Source: a virus. From it: DNA of 54,002 nt. The translations under genes were made by a program, and so were the position numbers. Location of the stretch: positions 1 through 54,002 of IMG/VR virus record IMGVR_UViG_3300012117_000002; one strand, 5' to 3'. Below, piece after piece: positions 7,483-14,981 of the stretch. The stretch's first letter is position 1. Every line of letters begins with the position of its first letter. The notes beneath the pieces were generated by a model. It made no database searches. It was not told the DNA's origin and saw nothing but the letters and a program-made list of their open reading frames with translations.

Positions 7483-8163
7483 TTACGCAACGCCATACTC
7501 GTATCCGTCGCACTTGCCGCGTCTCGGATAGTTGCATTCATGGTTGCGCGGTGGATAATCGTAGATGGTCGGCTCGCCGCCACAAGCATAGAACGGAGGC
7601 CGTTTCGGGACTTCACATTCCAGCATGCCGATGCGCTGGTTGGTGCAGTTGATAGCACCCAGCACCTGGTCGATCTTGCGCTCGGTGAACGCCTCGTTAT
7701 TCATAGTCTGAATCTTTGTATTCTGCTCTGCGATCTTATCGCGCAGATCCTGAATGTAATTCTGCTCAATCAGTGTGCGGGTCTTTTCGCCTTCACAATG
7801 AACCTCTTTCTGTGTTGCACATGCGGTTTTCCACACATCTTGATCGGTTTTCCAGATGTCCTTCTCAACGCAACATAACTTGTCTTTCAAGTGAGATTCC
7901 TGCTCCCAGTTACTTTCGTCTTTGTAGGTAGGTTGTACACAAGGACCGCAGCCGCAGCCATTGCCGAAGCCGTAGCCCGGATAGCCGTGATCATAGCCGC
8001 CGTGTCCGTGTCCATCCTTGAAAAGACACCACAAGACAACAACTACAAGCAGAATGAGTATTCCGCTGCCGCCGAAGCCGCCGCCGTAACCAACACCACC
8101 ATAGCCAATGCTGGGATATCCAACGTTGTCTACCATTTCATTGCCGGAACTATTAAATGCCAT
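7483..8163 (-). CDS. Gly/Tyr-rich single-pass membrane protein with Cys-rich coiled-coil ectodomain (YjcZ-like N-terminus)
   Basis: AAAGGAG RBS. The N-terminus is GYGGVGYGGGFGGSGILILLVVVVLWCLF, followed by HGHGGYDHGYPGYGFGNGCGCGPC and a Cys-rich coiled coil. Confidence 0.6.
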   Translation of the reverse strand: MAFNSSGNEMVDNVGYPSIGYGGVGYGGGFGGSGILILLVVVVLWCLFKDGHGHGGYDHGYPGYGFGNGCGCGPCVQPTYKDESNWEQESHLKDKLCCVEKDIWKTDQDVWKTACATQKEVHCEGEKTRTLIEQNYIQDLRDKIAEQNTKIQTMNNEAFTERKIDQVLGAINCTNQRIGMLECEVPKRPPFYACGGEPTIYDYPPRNHECNYPRRGKCDGYEYGVA

Positions 8164-8217
8164 AGTATTTCTCCTTTCTGGTTTTGTTTTATATCAAAGG
8201 CACAAGGCCATTAATAT

Positions 8218-8595
8218 CTATACTTTTGGATACCGCGAACTGTCGAATCTCGGTTTTGCATCCCTGCCGGATGGAGCCGCGTTACTTTTGCCCGGACCGT
8301 TTGCATTGACCGCATTTCCCAGATTGTCAACCATCGATTTGAGGTTGCTTGTGTCCAGTCCTAATTTGGACGAATATTTTCCGTATTTGTTGAACATGCT
8401 ATTTATAAATTCCTTGTCAACTCCCATGCTTCGAAGTGTATCGATTCCGGAATTTGGATTATTGATCAGGCCCGGAAGCACCTTTTTCCCTTGTGCCAGA
8501 GCCTCTTTTACCTGCTGCGGGCTTCTGCCCGTTATCTGCGCTATTTTGCTCGTCTGACTTTCCGCGAGATTCAGCGCCATATCTATCATCGACAT
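8218..8595 (-). CDS. hypothetical protein (125 aa)
   Basis: AAAGGAG lies 9 nt upstream of ATG 8595. The start lies 137 nt inside the preceding ORF, in another frame. Confidence 0.5.
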   Translation of the reverse strand: MSMIDMALNLAESQTSKIAQITGRSPQQVKEALAQGKKVLPGLINNPNSGIDTLRSMGVDKEFINSMFNKYGKYSSKLGLDTSNLKSMVDNLGNAVNANGPGKSNAAPSGRDAKPRFDSSRYPKV

Positions 8596-8941
8596 TCGAT
8601 CCAGCTCCTTTCAGTTCTTTTATTTCTGCATTCAATGCGCCTATAGCTTCCAGCAACTGCTGGTTGATTCTGGCCTGCTCCATGGCCTGCTCCATGGCAA
8701 TTTCTTCGGCGCTTTTTTGCGGAGTAATCACACCCAGCTCAACGAGTTTGTCGTAATAATTTTTAATGATTTCTTCTTGATCCTCGATTAACTTCAAAAG
8801 CTCGGTTTCCCGCTCGTTATCAATTCCGATCTTGTCTCTCGCTCCCCGGTAATTAGCGTTGTAGATATCACCGTTTTCGCTTATTAATCCCGTAAATACA
8901 TTTTCGGCGCTATACCTTGTGTAACTTTCTTCATATGCCAT
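8459..8941 (-). CDS. hypothetical coiled-coil protein (160 aa)
   Basis: The ATG overlaps the upstream stop (ATGGCATATGA). The C-terminal ~46 codons are low-complexity and overlap the next gene. Confidence 0.55.
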   Translation of the reverse strand: MAYEESYTRYSAENVFTGLISENGDIYNANYRGARDKIGIDNERETELLKLIEDQEEIIKNYYDKLVELGVITPQKSAEEIAMEQAMEQARINQQLLEAIGALNAEIKELKGAGSNVDDRYGAESRGKSDEQNSADNGQKPAAGKRGSGTREKGASGPDQ

Positions 8942-9101
8942 ACACTTCTCCTCGTGGCTTCAATGACATTTCGTTCATTAACCCGACAATGCCAATATTT
9001 TCAATACAGTCGATGGACAAATAAAAATCATATATTTCCCCTGCTTCTTCTGCCGTATATCCAACTTTCGTCATTCGGTCAATAAACTGCTTTTCGCTCA
9101 T
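8931..9101 (-). CDS. possible 56-aa protein
   Basis: ATGA start/stop overlap with the upstream gene, and its stop overlaps the downstream start. It fills the 8941-9098 gap. Confidence 0.4.
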   Translation of the reverse strand: MSEKQFIDRMTKVGYTAEEAGEIYDFYLSIDCIENIGIVGLMNEMSLKPRGEVYGI

Positions 9102-9343
9102 ATAATTTTCCGTACCTCCGCAATAAAGTCATCCAGCGGCACGCCGTAGCTTCTGGCAACGCTCTCGCCACACTGAACACCGTTTTGCAGCATTAATTTG
9201 AATCGTTCCCGCTGTGCGTCGCCCATCCCGTTCACAAAGAGTCTAGCGCAGTTTTCGGCAGTGACTGAATGACTGTCGGTTTCTTTCTTTTTGCCGGCCG
9301 GTGCGTTCTTGGGTGCCGGCGGCTGAATCAAGTTACTTACCAT
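9098..9343 (-). CDS. hypothetical protein (81 aa)
   Basis: GGGAGG lies 7 nt upstream of ATG 9343. The track ORF begins at TTG 9349. Confidence 0.55.
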   Translation of the reverse strand: MVSNLIQPPAPKNAPAGKKKETDSHSVTAENCARLFVNGMGDAQRERFKLMLQNGVQCGESVARSYGVPLDDFIAEVRKII

Positions 9344-9515
9344 CTCCAAACCTCCCGTAGCTCATTGACAAAACAATGCACGCAGCTTCAATAAAATCCT
9401 TGCTGAAATGCTTCTTTTCCTTGGCTTCTTTGATTGCGTCAAGCGTCATTTCCGTTAAATCTGTTAAGGCTTCGTCTAATTTGTCAATCACGCTGAAACC
9501 TCCTGTCACGTTCAT
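9333..9515 (-). CDS. hypothetical small protein, first gene of the operon (start uncertain)
   Basis: ATG 9515 lacks an SD. An internal GTG at 9491 is preceded by GGAGG plus 7 nt and is the more likely start. Confidence 0.45.
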   Translation of the reverse strand: MNVTGGFSVIDKLDEALTDLTEMTLDAIKEAKEKKHFSKDFIEAACIVLSMSYGRFGDGK

Positions 9516-9606
9516 TTCTTATATGGTAATTTTAAGGGATTTCGGGGAAAGAAAAGCATTTGAATAATGCTTATAAAACTTAGGAAAGGTGTTGAAAAAA
9601 TACAAT

Positions 9607-9642
9607 AAAAAAAGAGACCTCTTATAATCAAAGAAGTCTCTT
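9607..9642 (-). terminator. rho-independent terminator ending the 11568-9653 operon
   Basis: The minus strand has an AAGAGAC...GTCTCTT stem (extended by 4 further pairs) followed by a T-run (9611-9607). Confidence 0.75.
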
Positions 9643-9652
9643 GTGCCTGAAT

Positions 9653-9943
9653 CTATCTCGTTTTTCTCCTGCCAACGCTTGCCGGATACAGCACAACGGG
9701 CAGGCCGTCCGGCTGATTCTTAAAAAAGGCAGAATTTCTATAGTCCAGGGTATACCCATTGTCAAAAGCAAACTTGGCGCAGTCGGGATACTTTTCAATG
9801 TGTGCCGTTACTCTACCGGCAAAAAGAATATATCCGTTTTCGTTGTAATCAGCGCTCTTTAATTCGTCAATGCTTTCCGAAATACAATCCAGAATGTTTT
9901 TTAACACCAGATTTTCCAGTTCTAATTTTTCAGTCCTTGTCAT
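9653..9943 (-). CDS. hypothetical protein (96 aa)
   Basis: ORF with AGAGGAA upstream. It is the last gene before the terminator. Confidence 0.55.
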   Translation of the reverse strand: MTRTEKLELENLVLKNILDCISESIDELKSADYNENGYILFAGRVTAHIEKYPDCAKFAFDNGYTLDYRNSAFFKNQPDGLPVVLYPASVGRRKTR

Positions 9944-9988
9944 AACGTTCCTCTCTGCCCCGAATACCGCTGGAGCTGGTATGTGCTT

Positions 9989-10192
9989 TTATCCAAAAAT
10001 AATCAGCGTCAACATGAATGCCATAACCATTCCCATCATAATCAGCGCAAACAGATAGTCGCTGCTAAAATGCAATTCCCGCTCGTACCGCTGTAATCTC
10101 GATGCCTTGAGGAATGCGTCCTTGTCTTTTTCTATATGTTTAATCGTCTTGCAAAAATCCTTGAATACCTCTCGTTCGCTCTTGTCTTTCAT
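9989..10192 (-). CDS. small tail-anchored membrane protein
   Basis: 67 aa with C-terminal helix YLFALIMMGMVMAFMLTLIIFG. ATGA overlap with the upstream ORF. Confidence 0.55.
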   Translation of the reverse strand: MKDKSEREVFKDFCKTIKHIEKDKDAFLKASRLQRYERELHFSSDYLFALIMMGMVMAFMLTLIIFG

Positions 10193-10320
10193 AATATCTT
10201 ACCGCCTTTCTGTGTGTATACACTTTTCACGAGAGTATATACGCACCTCACAAAAGTATCACTGCCAATTCTTTCTAAGTAATCCACGATTGATTTAATA
10301 TACGTTTCGCGTTCGGTCAT
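10189..10320 (-). CDS. 43-aa microprotein, paralog of 10317-10442
   Basis: Translation is MTERETYIKSIVDYLERIGSDTFVRCVYTLVKSVYTQKGGKIL. ATGA couplings on both sides. Confidence 0.45.
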   Translation of the reverse strand: MTERETYIKSIVDYLERIGSDTFVRCVYTLVKSVYTQKGGKIL

Positions 10321-10442
10321 AATTTTTTACCTCCTCCGCACATGCTTCTCACAAAGTAGTACGCGCACCTTGTCAGTGTCACATTATTGGTTCTCTCTAA
10401 TATTTCCATGATTAACTTGATATACTCCTTATGTTCTGCCAT
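10317..10442 (-). CDS. 41-aa microprotein, paralog of 10189-10320
   Basis: Translation is MAEHKEYIKLIMEILERTNNVTLTRCAYYFVRSMCGGGKKL. GGGAGA RBS and ATGA coupling. Confidence 0.45.
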   Translation of the reverse strand: MAEHKEYIKLIMEILERTNNVTLTRCAYYFVRSMCGGGKKL

Positions 10443-10457
10443 GATTTATATCTCCCT

Positions 10458-11267
10458 TCATCTCTGCACGCCGTGTATAGCCTGATGTTTTTTTACTATT
10501 CCTTCAAAAATCTGCCGCAATTGCTTATCTTTGCTGATAACATCCATCTTTGTCAGAGTTTTTGCTTCGGTTTTAGTAGCTCCTCGCCTCACCATATCTT
10601 TTCTGCGACGGATTAAGCGGCTGCCCAGCAGGATGCCGGAGCTTTCCTCCAGCTCTTTGTATATCATTCCCCGGAACTTGACCGGGCTTAAATGATATGT
10701 CGCTACCATCGCATTGATTGCGCCGTTCATATCAGCGCTCCAGTGGTCAATGCTCGGGTTTGCAAACACTTTTAGTGTGGTTTCCAGCTTCGTCGCTGAT
10801 TCCTGCGCTGTCTGCTCAATGACGGCAAGGCGCCGATCTTGGATTTCCAACAGTTGCCCCTGGGCTTCTAATTTCCGCTCAAGCTCAACGGTGTTCTGTG
10901 CCATTTGGAGAATCATTTCGGCTTGCGTAAGCTGAGGGAGGGTGTAGCCTCCTTGTTTGCGGATAGATGGCAGCACTTCGGACGTAACCCAACGTTTGAA
11001 TTTCTTGGCGCTTGGAAGCTCGCTCATAATGATTAGGGCATACATGCCAGATTCGTTGATAAGAGTCGTTTGCTGTTCGCCTCCTCTTGAAGGGATACCT
11101 CGTTTCAGGGTATCCTCTGCATCCACATGCCGGATTACTGCGTCATAGGGCTTTGCATACCCCAGAGCGGTCGCGATATCCCTACCAACGAACCAGCCTT
11201 CTCCATCAATATCCACTGTCCTGACTTCTCCGAATTCTGGATTGTTAAAAATCTGTAATTCATTCAT
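10458..11267 (-). CDS. second Bro-N-domain antirepressor-like protein with a different C-terminal domain
   Basis: The sequence MNELQIFNNPEFGEVRTV...FVGRDIATALGY...INESGMYALIIMS...AKKFKRWVTSEVLPSIR closely parallels 2846-3595 over roughly the first 110 aa. Confidence 0.8.
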   Translation of the reverse strand: MNELQIFNNPEFGEVRTVDIDGEGWFVGRDIATALGYAKPYDAVIRHVDAEDTLKRGIPSRGGEQQTTLINESGMYALIIMSELPSAKKFKRWVTSEVLPSIRKQGGYTLPQLTQAEMILQMAQNTVELERKLEAQGQLLEIQDRRLAVIEQTAQESATKLETTLKVFANPSIDHWSADMNGAINAMVATYHLSPVKFRGMIYKELEESSGILLGSRLIRRRKDMVRRGATKTEAKTLTKMDVISKDKQLRQIFEGIVKKHQAIHGVQR

Positions 11268-11385
11268 AATAAAAAATCTCCTCTCAAATTTCGTGCTTGA
11301 AGGAGATCTCTGCTCATGCTATAATATTCATGAGAGAAATCTCGCCCAGAACACTTGCCAAACTTTCCACGGTGGAGCGAGTGTT

Positions 11386-11568
11386 CTATTTTTTTGCCCA
11401 TTTTAAAACTTCTTCTTTTTCAATCCTCCAATCTCTTCCTAATTTGAATCCTTGCAATTCACCAGATTTTAATGCACGTTTAACAGTCATCTCGCTAATT
11501 TGCAAAAATTCTGCTAATTGTTTTGGCGTTATAATTTCTGGAAGATTTTCTAAACCCAAACATATCAC
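11386..11568 (-). CDS. excisionase-family HTH DNA-binding protein (start uncertain)
   Basis: ITPKQLAEFLQISEMTVKRALKSGELQGFKLGRDWRI. The SD GGAGG fits TTG 11559 better than GTG 11568. Confidence 0.65.
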   Translation of the reverse strand: MICLGLENLPEIITPKQLAEFLQISEMTVKRALKSGELQGFKLGRDWRIEKEEVLKWAKK

Positions 11569-11665
11569 CTCCTGTAATTTATTATAACTAACTATAACAT
11601 ACTATTACAAACATGTCAATATCTTTTTGGGAATGATTTTCGAGTTGCAATTTTCCACAATCTAC

Positions 11666-11702
11666 CATATAATAATTTCATCAAAAGAGAAAGGGGGATA
11701 TA
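11666..11702 (+). promoter_or_regulatory. promoter/leader cassette (TATAAT plus RBS), duplicated at 12753-12787
   Basis: catataataatttcatcaaaagagaaagggggatata here versus catataataatctcatcaaaagaaaaggggatata at the second site. Confidence 0.5.
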
Positions 11703-11707
11703 AACAT

Positions 11708-12679
11708 TTGAAAATAATTAAAGCCTTTCTAATAATTAGTATTTTATCGATTTTATTTGCCGGGATTATGCAGATTTCATTCTTGTCAGAAAACGCAAAG
11801 TTTTTACTATTTATATCTATAATTATTCTGTGGATGATAAAAAAGAATTTTCTTAAAATTAGAATTTTATTTTTAAAAATCGGAATGAAAATTCAAAAGA
11901 CAAAAATGTTTTTTTCGAAGATAGGACTGCGTTTAATTAATGTGAAATTTCGTTTTAGCAACATAAGGCTAGGGAAATCGGATGCAACCCCTAGATATTC
12001 AAGTATGTCCGATTCTGCTCCCGTAGTTGCACCGTTAGACTCACTGACAGACGGCTACGCATTCGAGGCTTACATAGCCGATCTACTCTTGAAAAATGGC
12101 TATAGCAAGGCATCGCCAACACAAAAATCCGGAGATTTTGGTGCTGATGTAATAGCTGAAAAAGATGGTGTGAGATATGCTATTCAATGCAAGTTATATA
12201 GTCAACCGGTAGGAAATAAGGCTGTAGGGGAAATTCTTGCTGGAATGCAATATTACAACTGTCACGTGGGGGTTGTGGCGACAAATAACACTTTCACAAA
12301 AGCTGCAATCGAAATAGCCCAAAAATCGAACGTATTGCTGTGGGATAGGAGCGTGCTATTAAAAATGGCTCCAATACCAAGTCCAGAGCATTTCAATTCA
12401 TATCAATCGTCTTACCGCCTTAGACACAATCTCCAGTCAGAGGAATGTAGTGATAATGAATTGTATTTACATGCGGTGGAATGTGCCTTGGAAAAAGGAA
12501 AGGTATCTATTGGATCACTGCAAAGGGAATTGGGTATAAAATTTAATTGTGCATTTGCCATTGTGGAAAAAATGGAGAAAAATGGAATCATTGATTGTTC
12601 CGACGAATCAACTTACCGTCACACATTAATATCAAACGAAAAATGGATAGAGATAAAGTCCGGGCAAAACATTTCATAA
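11708..12679 (+). CDS. membrane-anchored Mrr-type (PD-(D/E)xK) restriction endonuclease-like protein with C-terminal FtsK-gamma-like winged helix
   Basis: TTG 11708 follows AAGGGGGA. There are two N-terminal hydrophobic helices. The Mrr_cat pattern is FEAYIADLLLKNGY...GDFGADVIAE...YAIQCKLY. The C-terminus is VSIGSLQRELGIKFNCAFAIVEKMEKNGII. Confidence 0.7.
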   Translation: MKIIKAFLIISILSILFAGIMQISFLSENAKFLLFISIIILWMIKKNFLKIRILFLKIGMKIQKTKMFFSKIGLRLINVKFRFSNIRLGKSDATPRYSSMSDSAPVVAPLDSLTDGYAFEAYIADLLLKNGYSKASPTQKSGDFGADVIAEKDGVRYAIQCKLYSQPVGNKAVGEILAGMQYYNCHVGVVATNNTFTKAAIEIAQKSNVLLWDRSVLLKMAPIPSPEHFNSYQSSYRLRHNLQSEECSDNELYLHAVECALEKGKVSIGSLQRELGIKFNCAFAIVEKMEKNGIIDCSDESTYRHTLISNEKWIEIKSGQNIS

Positions 12680-12752
12680 TGTAAAAGCCAACACTAATTT
12701 GCCGGCTTTTATTTCAAAGTTATTTTTTAAATTGCACTTTCCCGCTATTTAT

Positions 12753-12787
12753 CATATAATAATCTCATCAAAAGAAAAGGGGATATA
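12753..12787 (+). promoter_or_regulatory. second copy of the promoter/leader cassette
   Basis: It matches 11666-11702 with few mismatches and ends at the RBS of the lipoprotein gene. Confidence 0.5.
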
Positions 12788-12791
12788 GATC

Positions 12792-13436
12792 ATGAAGAGA
12801 GTGGGAATTATTTTCGCATTGGCATTGATCGCCGGAACTACTACGGCCTGCGGGGGAAGTTCTCTGACCGCAAGCACGGCAGCGCAAACGACGACCGCAG
12901 AAACGGAAGTAGAAACAGAAATTGAGGCAGAAATCGAAACAGTGGCAGAGACTACTGCGAAGCCGGAGACTACCGCGGGGAAAGATGAAGAAACATTAAA
13001 AAATGAACAACTGGCCATTATAACTAGCGTCAGCATTGTCGAACAGAGTACAGAGTATAAATCTCTCTACCCGGACATGGTTCAGTGGATACTTGAAAAC
13101 AAATCAGGAAATGTTATTAAAAATTATACGGTTTCTGTTTTGGCCTATGATGAAAATGGATATCCGGTCAAAGTTGAGGGGCAATACGACTATAAACCCG
13201 GATTTGAAAAATCAGTGCTCGCAGAAGCGGTAAATGTTCAGCCGGACACAACTCACGGAGATGATTATGGCTATGGCCTGGGTACGAATCATGGAATCGC
13301 TTATGCAATTGTTCTTGTGAAAGAATTGGAATTTTATGATTCCGATACTTGGAAGAACCCCTATTATGATATTTGGATTAAAAAGTATAAAGAAAAACCA
13401 ATTTCGCTCGATGATTTGAATGCTATGTATAATTAG
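12792..13436 (+). CDS. lipoprotein (candidate superinfection-exclusion or surface protein)
   Basis: Signal peptide with lipobox MKRVGIIFALALIAGTTTAC, a T/E/A-rich linker and a globular C-terminal domain. Confidence 0.75.
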   Translation: MKRVGIIFALALIAGTTTACGGSSLTASTAAQTTTAETEVETEIEAEIETVAETTAKPETTAGKDEETLKNEQLAIITSVSIVEQSTEYKSLYPDMVQWILENKSGNVIKNYTVSVLAYDENGYPVKVEGQYDYKPGFEKSVLAEAVNVQPDTTHGDDYGYGLGTNHGIAYAIVLVKELEFYDSDTWKNPYYDIWIKKYKEKPISLDDLNAMYN

Positions 13437-13448
13437 CACGTCTTTTTT

Positions 13449-13476
13449 AAAGCCAGTGATTAAACTCACTGGCTTT
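13449..13476. terminator. 11-bp stem-loop between convergent genes
   Basis: AAAGCCAGTGA-ttaaac-TCACTGGCTTT. The U-tract is only partial. Confidence 0.5.
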
Positions 13477-13494
13477 AAATTGAGTCTTATGTTT

Positions 13495-14139
13495 CTATCG
13501 TCTGTCTAATGACAGGGATAGTTCTGGCGTTAATGTCTGATATGTTTTCTGATATTCGACTGTTGCTAAATCCTCCAACACATAAACATCCTCGCCAGTG
13601 ATATGCACATTTGTCCAATATTCCCCTTCATAATATACAATTGTTCCATCCGATAGACCTTTTAAGAGTTTGGATAATTCAATCGATCCGCACCGATACC
13701 ACGTTCCCCCATAAGGCGGCGCGCCAACGGATGAAGCGGTTTCTGCTGGACTGGCAGTATGGGCTTTCCAATAATACCCGCCATAATAGACCACGGTTCC
13801 GTTTGCCTTTCCTTTATTTATCGCATCCTGCCCGTCAGCGTTGCATATTTCCCATTTAACGCCCATTTCCGAATATAATGGCGGCGGTGTGTTCGGGTCT
13901 TTCCATACGCCGTTGCTTCCTATTTGATATTCACCAATAGTGGTATCATGCGCCATTTTTCCATCCTCGTAAAAATAAAACCATCCCATCGTAAAAAGCA
14001 CCCATCCCGTGAGCAATTCGCCGTCTGCATTGCGGTAATACGAATCAGAACCAATGTCCTCCCATCCGGCAAACGCATTCATAACTGGTGTTGATAATAA
14101 AACAAATGCCAAAATAAAAATAGTTCCTAATTTCTTCAT
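13495..14139 (-). CDS. secreted protein with cell-wall-binding (CW_binding-like) repeats and two carbohydrate-binding-like repeats
   Basis: ATG 14139 lies 9 nt after AAGGAGA. There is a signal peptide. Repeats are GW..YYRNADGELLTGW and WFYFYEDGKM, and GTVVYYGGYYWKAHT / GTIVYYEGEYWTNVH. Confidence 0.65.
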   Translation of the reverse strand: MKKLGTIFILAFVLLSTPVMNAFAGWEDIGSDSYYRNADGELLTGWVLFTMGWFYFYEDGKMAHDTTIGEYQIGSNGVWKDPNTPPPLYSEMGVKWEICNADGQDAINKGKANGTVVYYGGYYWKAHTASPAETASSVGAPPYGGTWYRCGSIELSKLLKGLSDGTIVYYEGEYWTNVHITGEDVYVLEDLATVEYQKTYQTLTPELSLSLDRR

Positions 14140-14205
14140 ACCTCGCATTCTCCTTTTCTTTTTTTCTAATTATAACAGATTGCGGAAAAATTGTCGATAG
14201 GTGGG

Positions 14206-14230
14206 AGACGGGAAAGCGATCCCGTCTTTT
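14206..14230 (+). terminator. plus-strand hairpin terminator insulating the downstream island
   Basis: GACGGGA-aagcga-TCCCGTC followed by TTTTTC. Confidence 0.55.
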
Positions 14231-14250
14231 TCTTCTTTCTCAATGCAAAA

Positions 14251-14306
14251 AAAGTTTGAAATATCTGTAAAAATCTCTTGACAATCTAACACTATAGTGT
14301 TATGAT
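14251..14306 (+). promoter_or_regulatory. sigma-A-type promoter with upstream box, duplicated at 14982-15038
   Basis: TTGACA (14278-14283), 17 nt, TATGAT (14301-14306). The upstream 34 nt aaagtttgaaatatctgtaaaaatctcttgacaa match 14982-15015 at 28/34 positions. Confidence 0.6.
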
Positions 14307-14355
14307 AGTATTAAGTTAAGGAGCACAAAACACACAATAAAAGGAGAATAAAACT

Positions 14356-14538
14356 ATGAGAACACCAACAGCAAAAGAAATTACCGAGATGAAAAGTATA
14401 GTTAAGAAAGCAACTGGAAGAAACATGAAAGACATCGAAATCACATCTTATAGTGCCAGCGTAATCGGTTATAAGTATTTCGCTACAAACCATGATCGCG
14501 TAACTAATAATTACACCCATGGAACGGTTGGGGTGTAA
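14356..14538 (+). CDS. hypothetical small protein
   Basis: 60 aa, with AAAGGAGA upstream. Confidence 0.55.
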   Translation: MRTPTAKEITEMKSIVKKATGRNMKDIEITSYSASVIGYKYFATNHDRVTNNYTHGTVGV

Positions 14539-14539
14539 T

Positions 14540-14974
14540 ATGAAATTACAAGAATTCAGAGTCCGGGCCGGATACTCCCAGTCCGGACTTGCGGAAGCAA
14601 CGGGGATATCTTATTCGTTAATTCGTAACATAGAACAAGGCCAGAAGCGGATTGGTGGAATGTCAGGAGAAAAGCTGTACAAGCTTGCGCTGGTGTTAGG
14701 ATGCCGCATGGAGGATTTTCTTGACACGGGCAGTCTTGTGCGAGAAACTACGAAGAATTATGCAAAATTGACTTGGGGGAGTTTAAGGACAGAGGAACAG
14801 GAGATGCTTCTTGACGGCGCGAATGCAGTTGACGGAAGAACCGGAAACAATATGACTGGCAGTGGCGAATGCATCATTGATCTTTCTGCATACCCATTTT
14901 CGATTCTCGGAAAGATTGTAGATGGGGGGATTGAAATTGCCAATACGGCAGCCATATATAATAGCGAGAAATAA
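14540..14974 (+). CDS. XRE-family HTH regulator with extra C-terminal domain
   Basis: ATG 14540 follows GGGGTG. The HTH is FRVRAGYSQSGLAEATGISYSLIRNIEQGQ. Confidence 0.7.
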   Translation: MKLQEFRVRAGYSQSGLAEATGISYSLIRNIEQGQKRIGGMSGEKLYKLALVLGCRMEDFLDTGSLVRETTKNYAKLTWGSLRTEEQEMLLDGANAVDGRTGNNMTGSGECIIDLSAYPFSILGKIVDGGIEIANTAAIYNSEK

Positions 14975-14981
14975 AAGTGAA

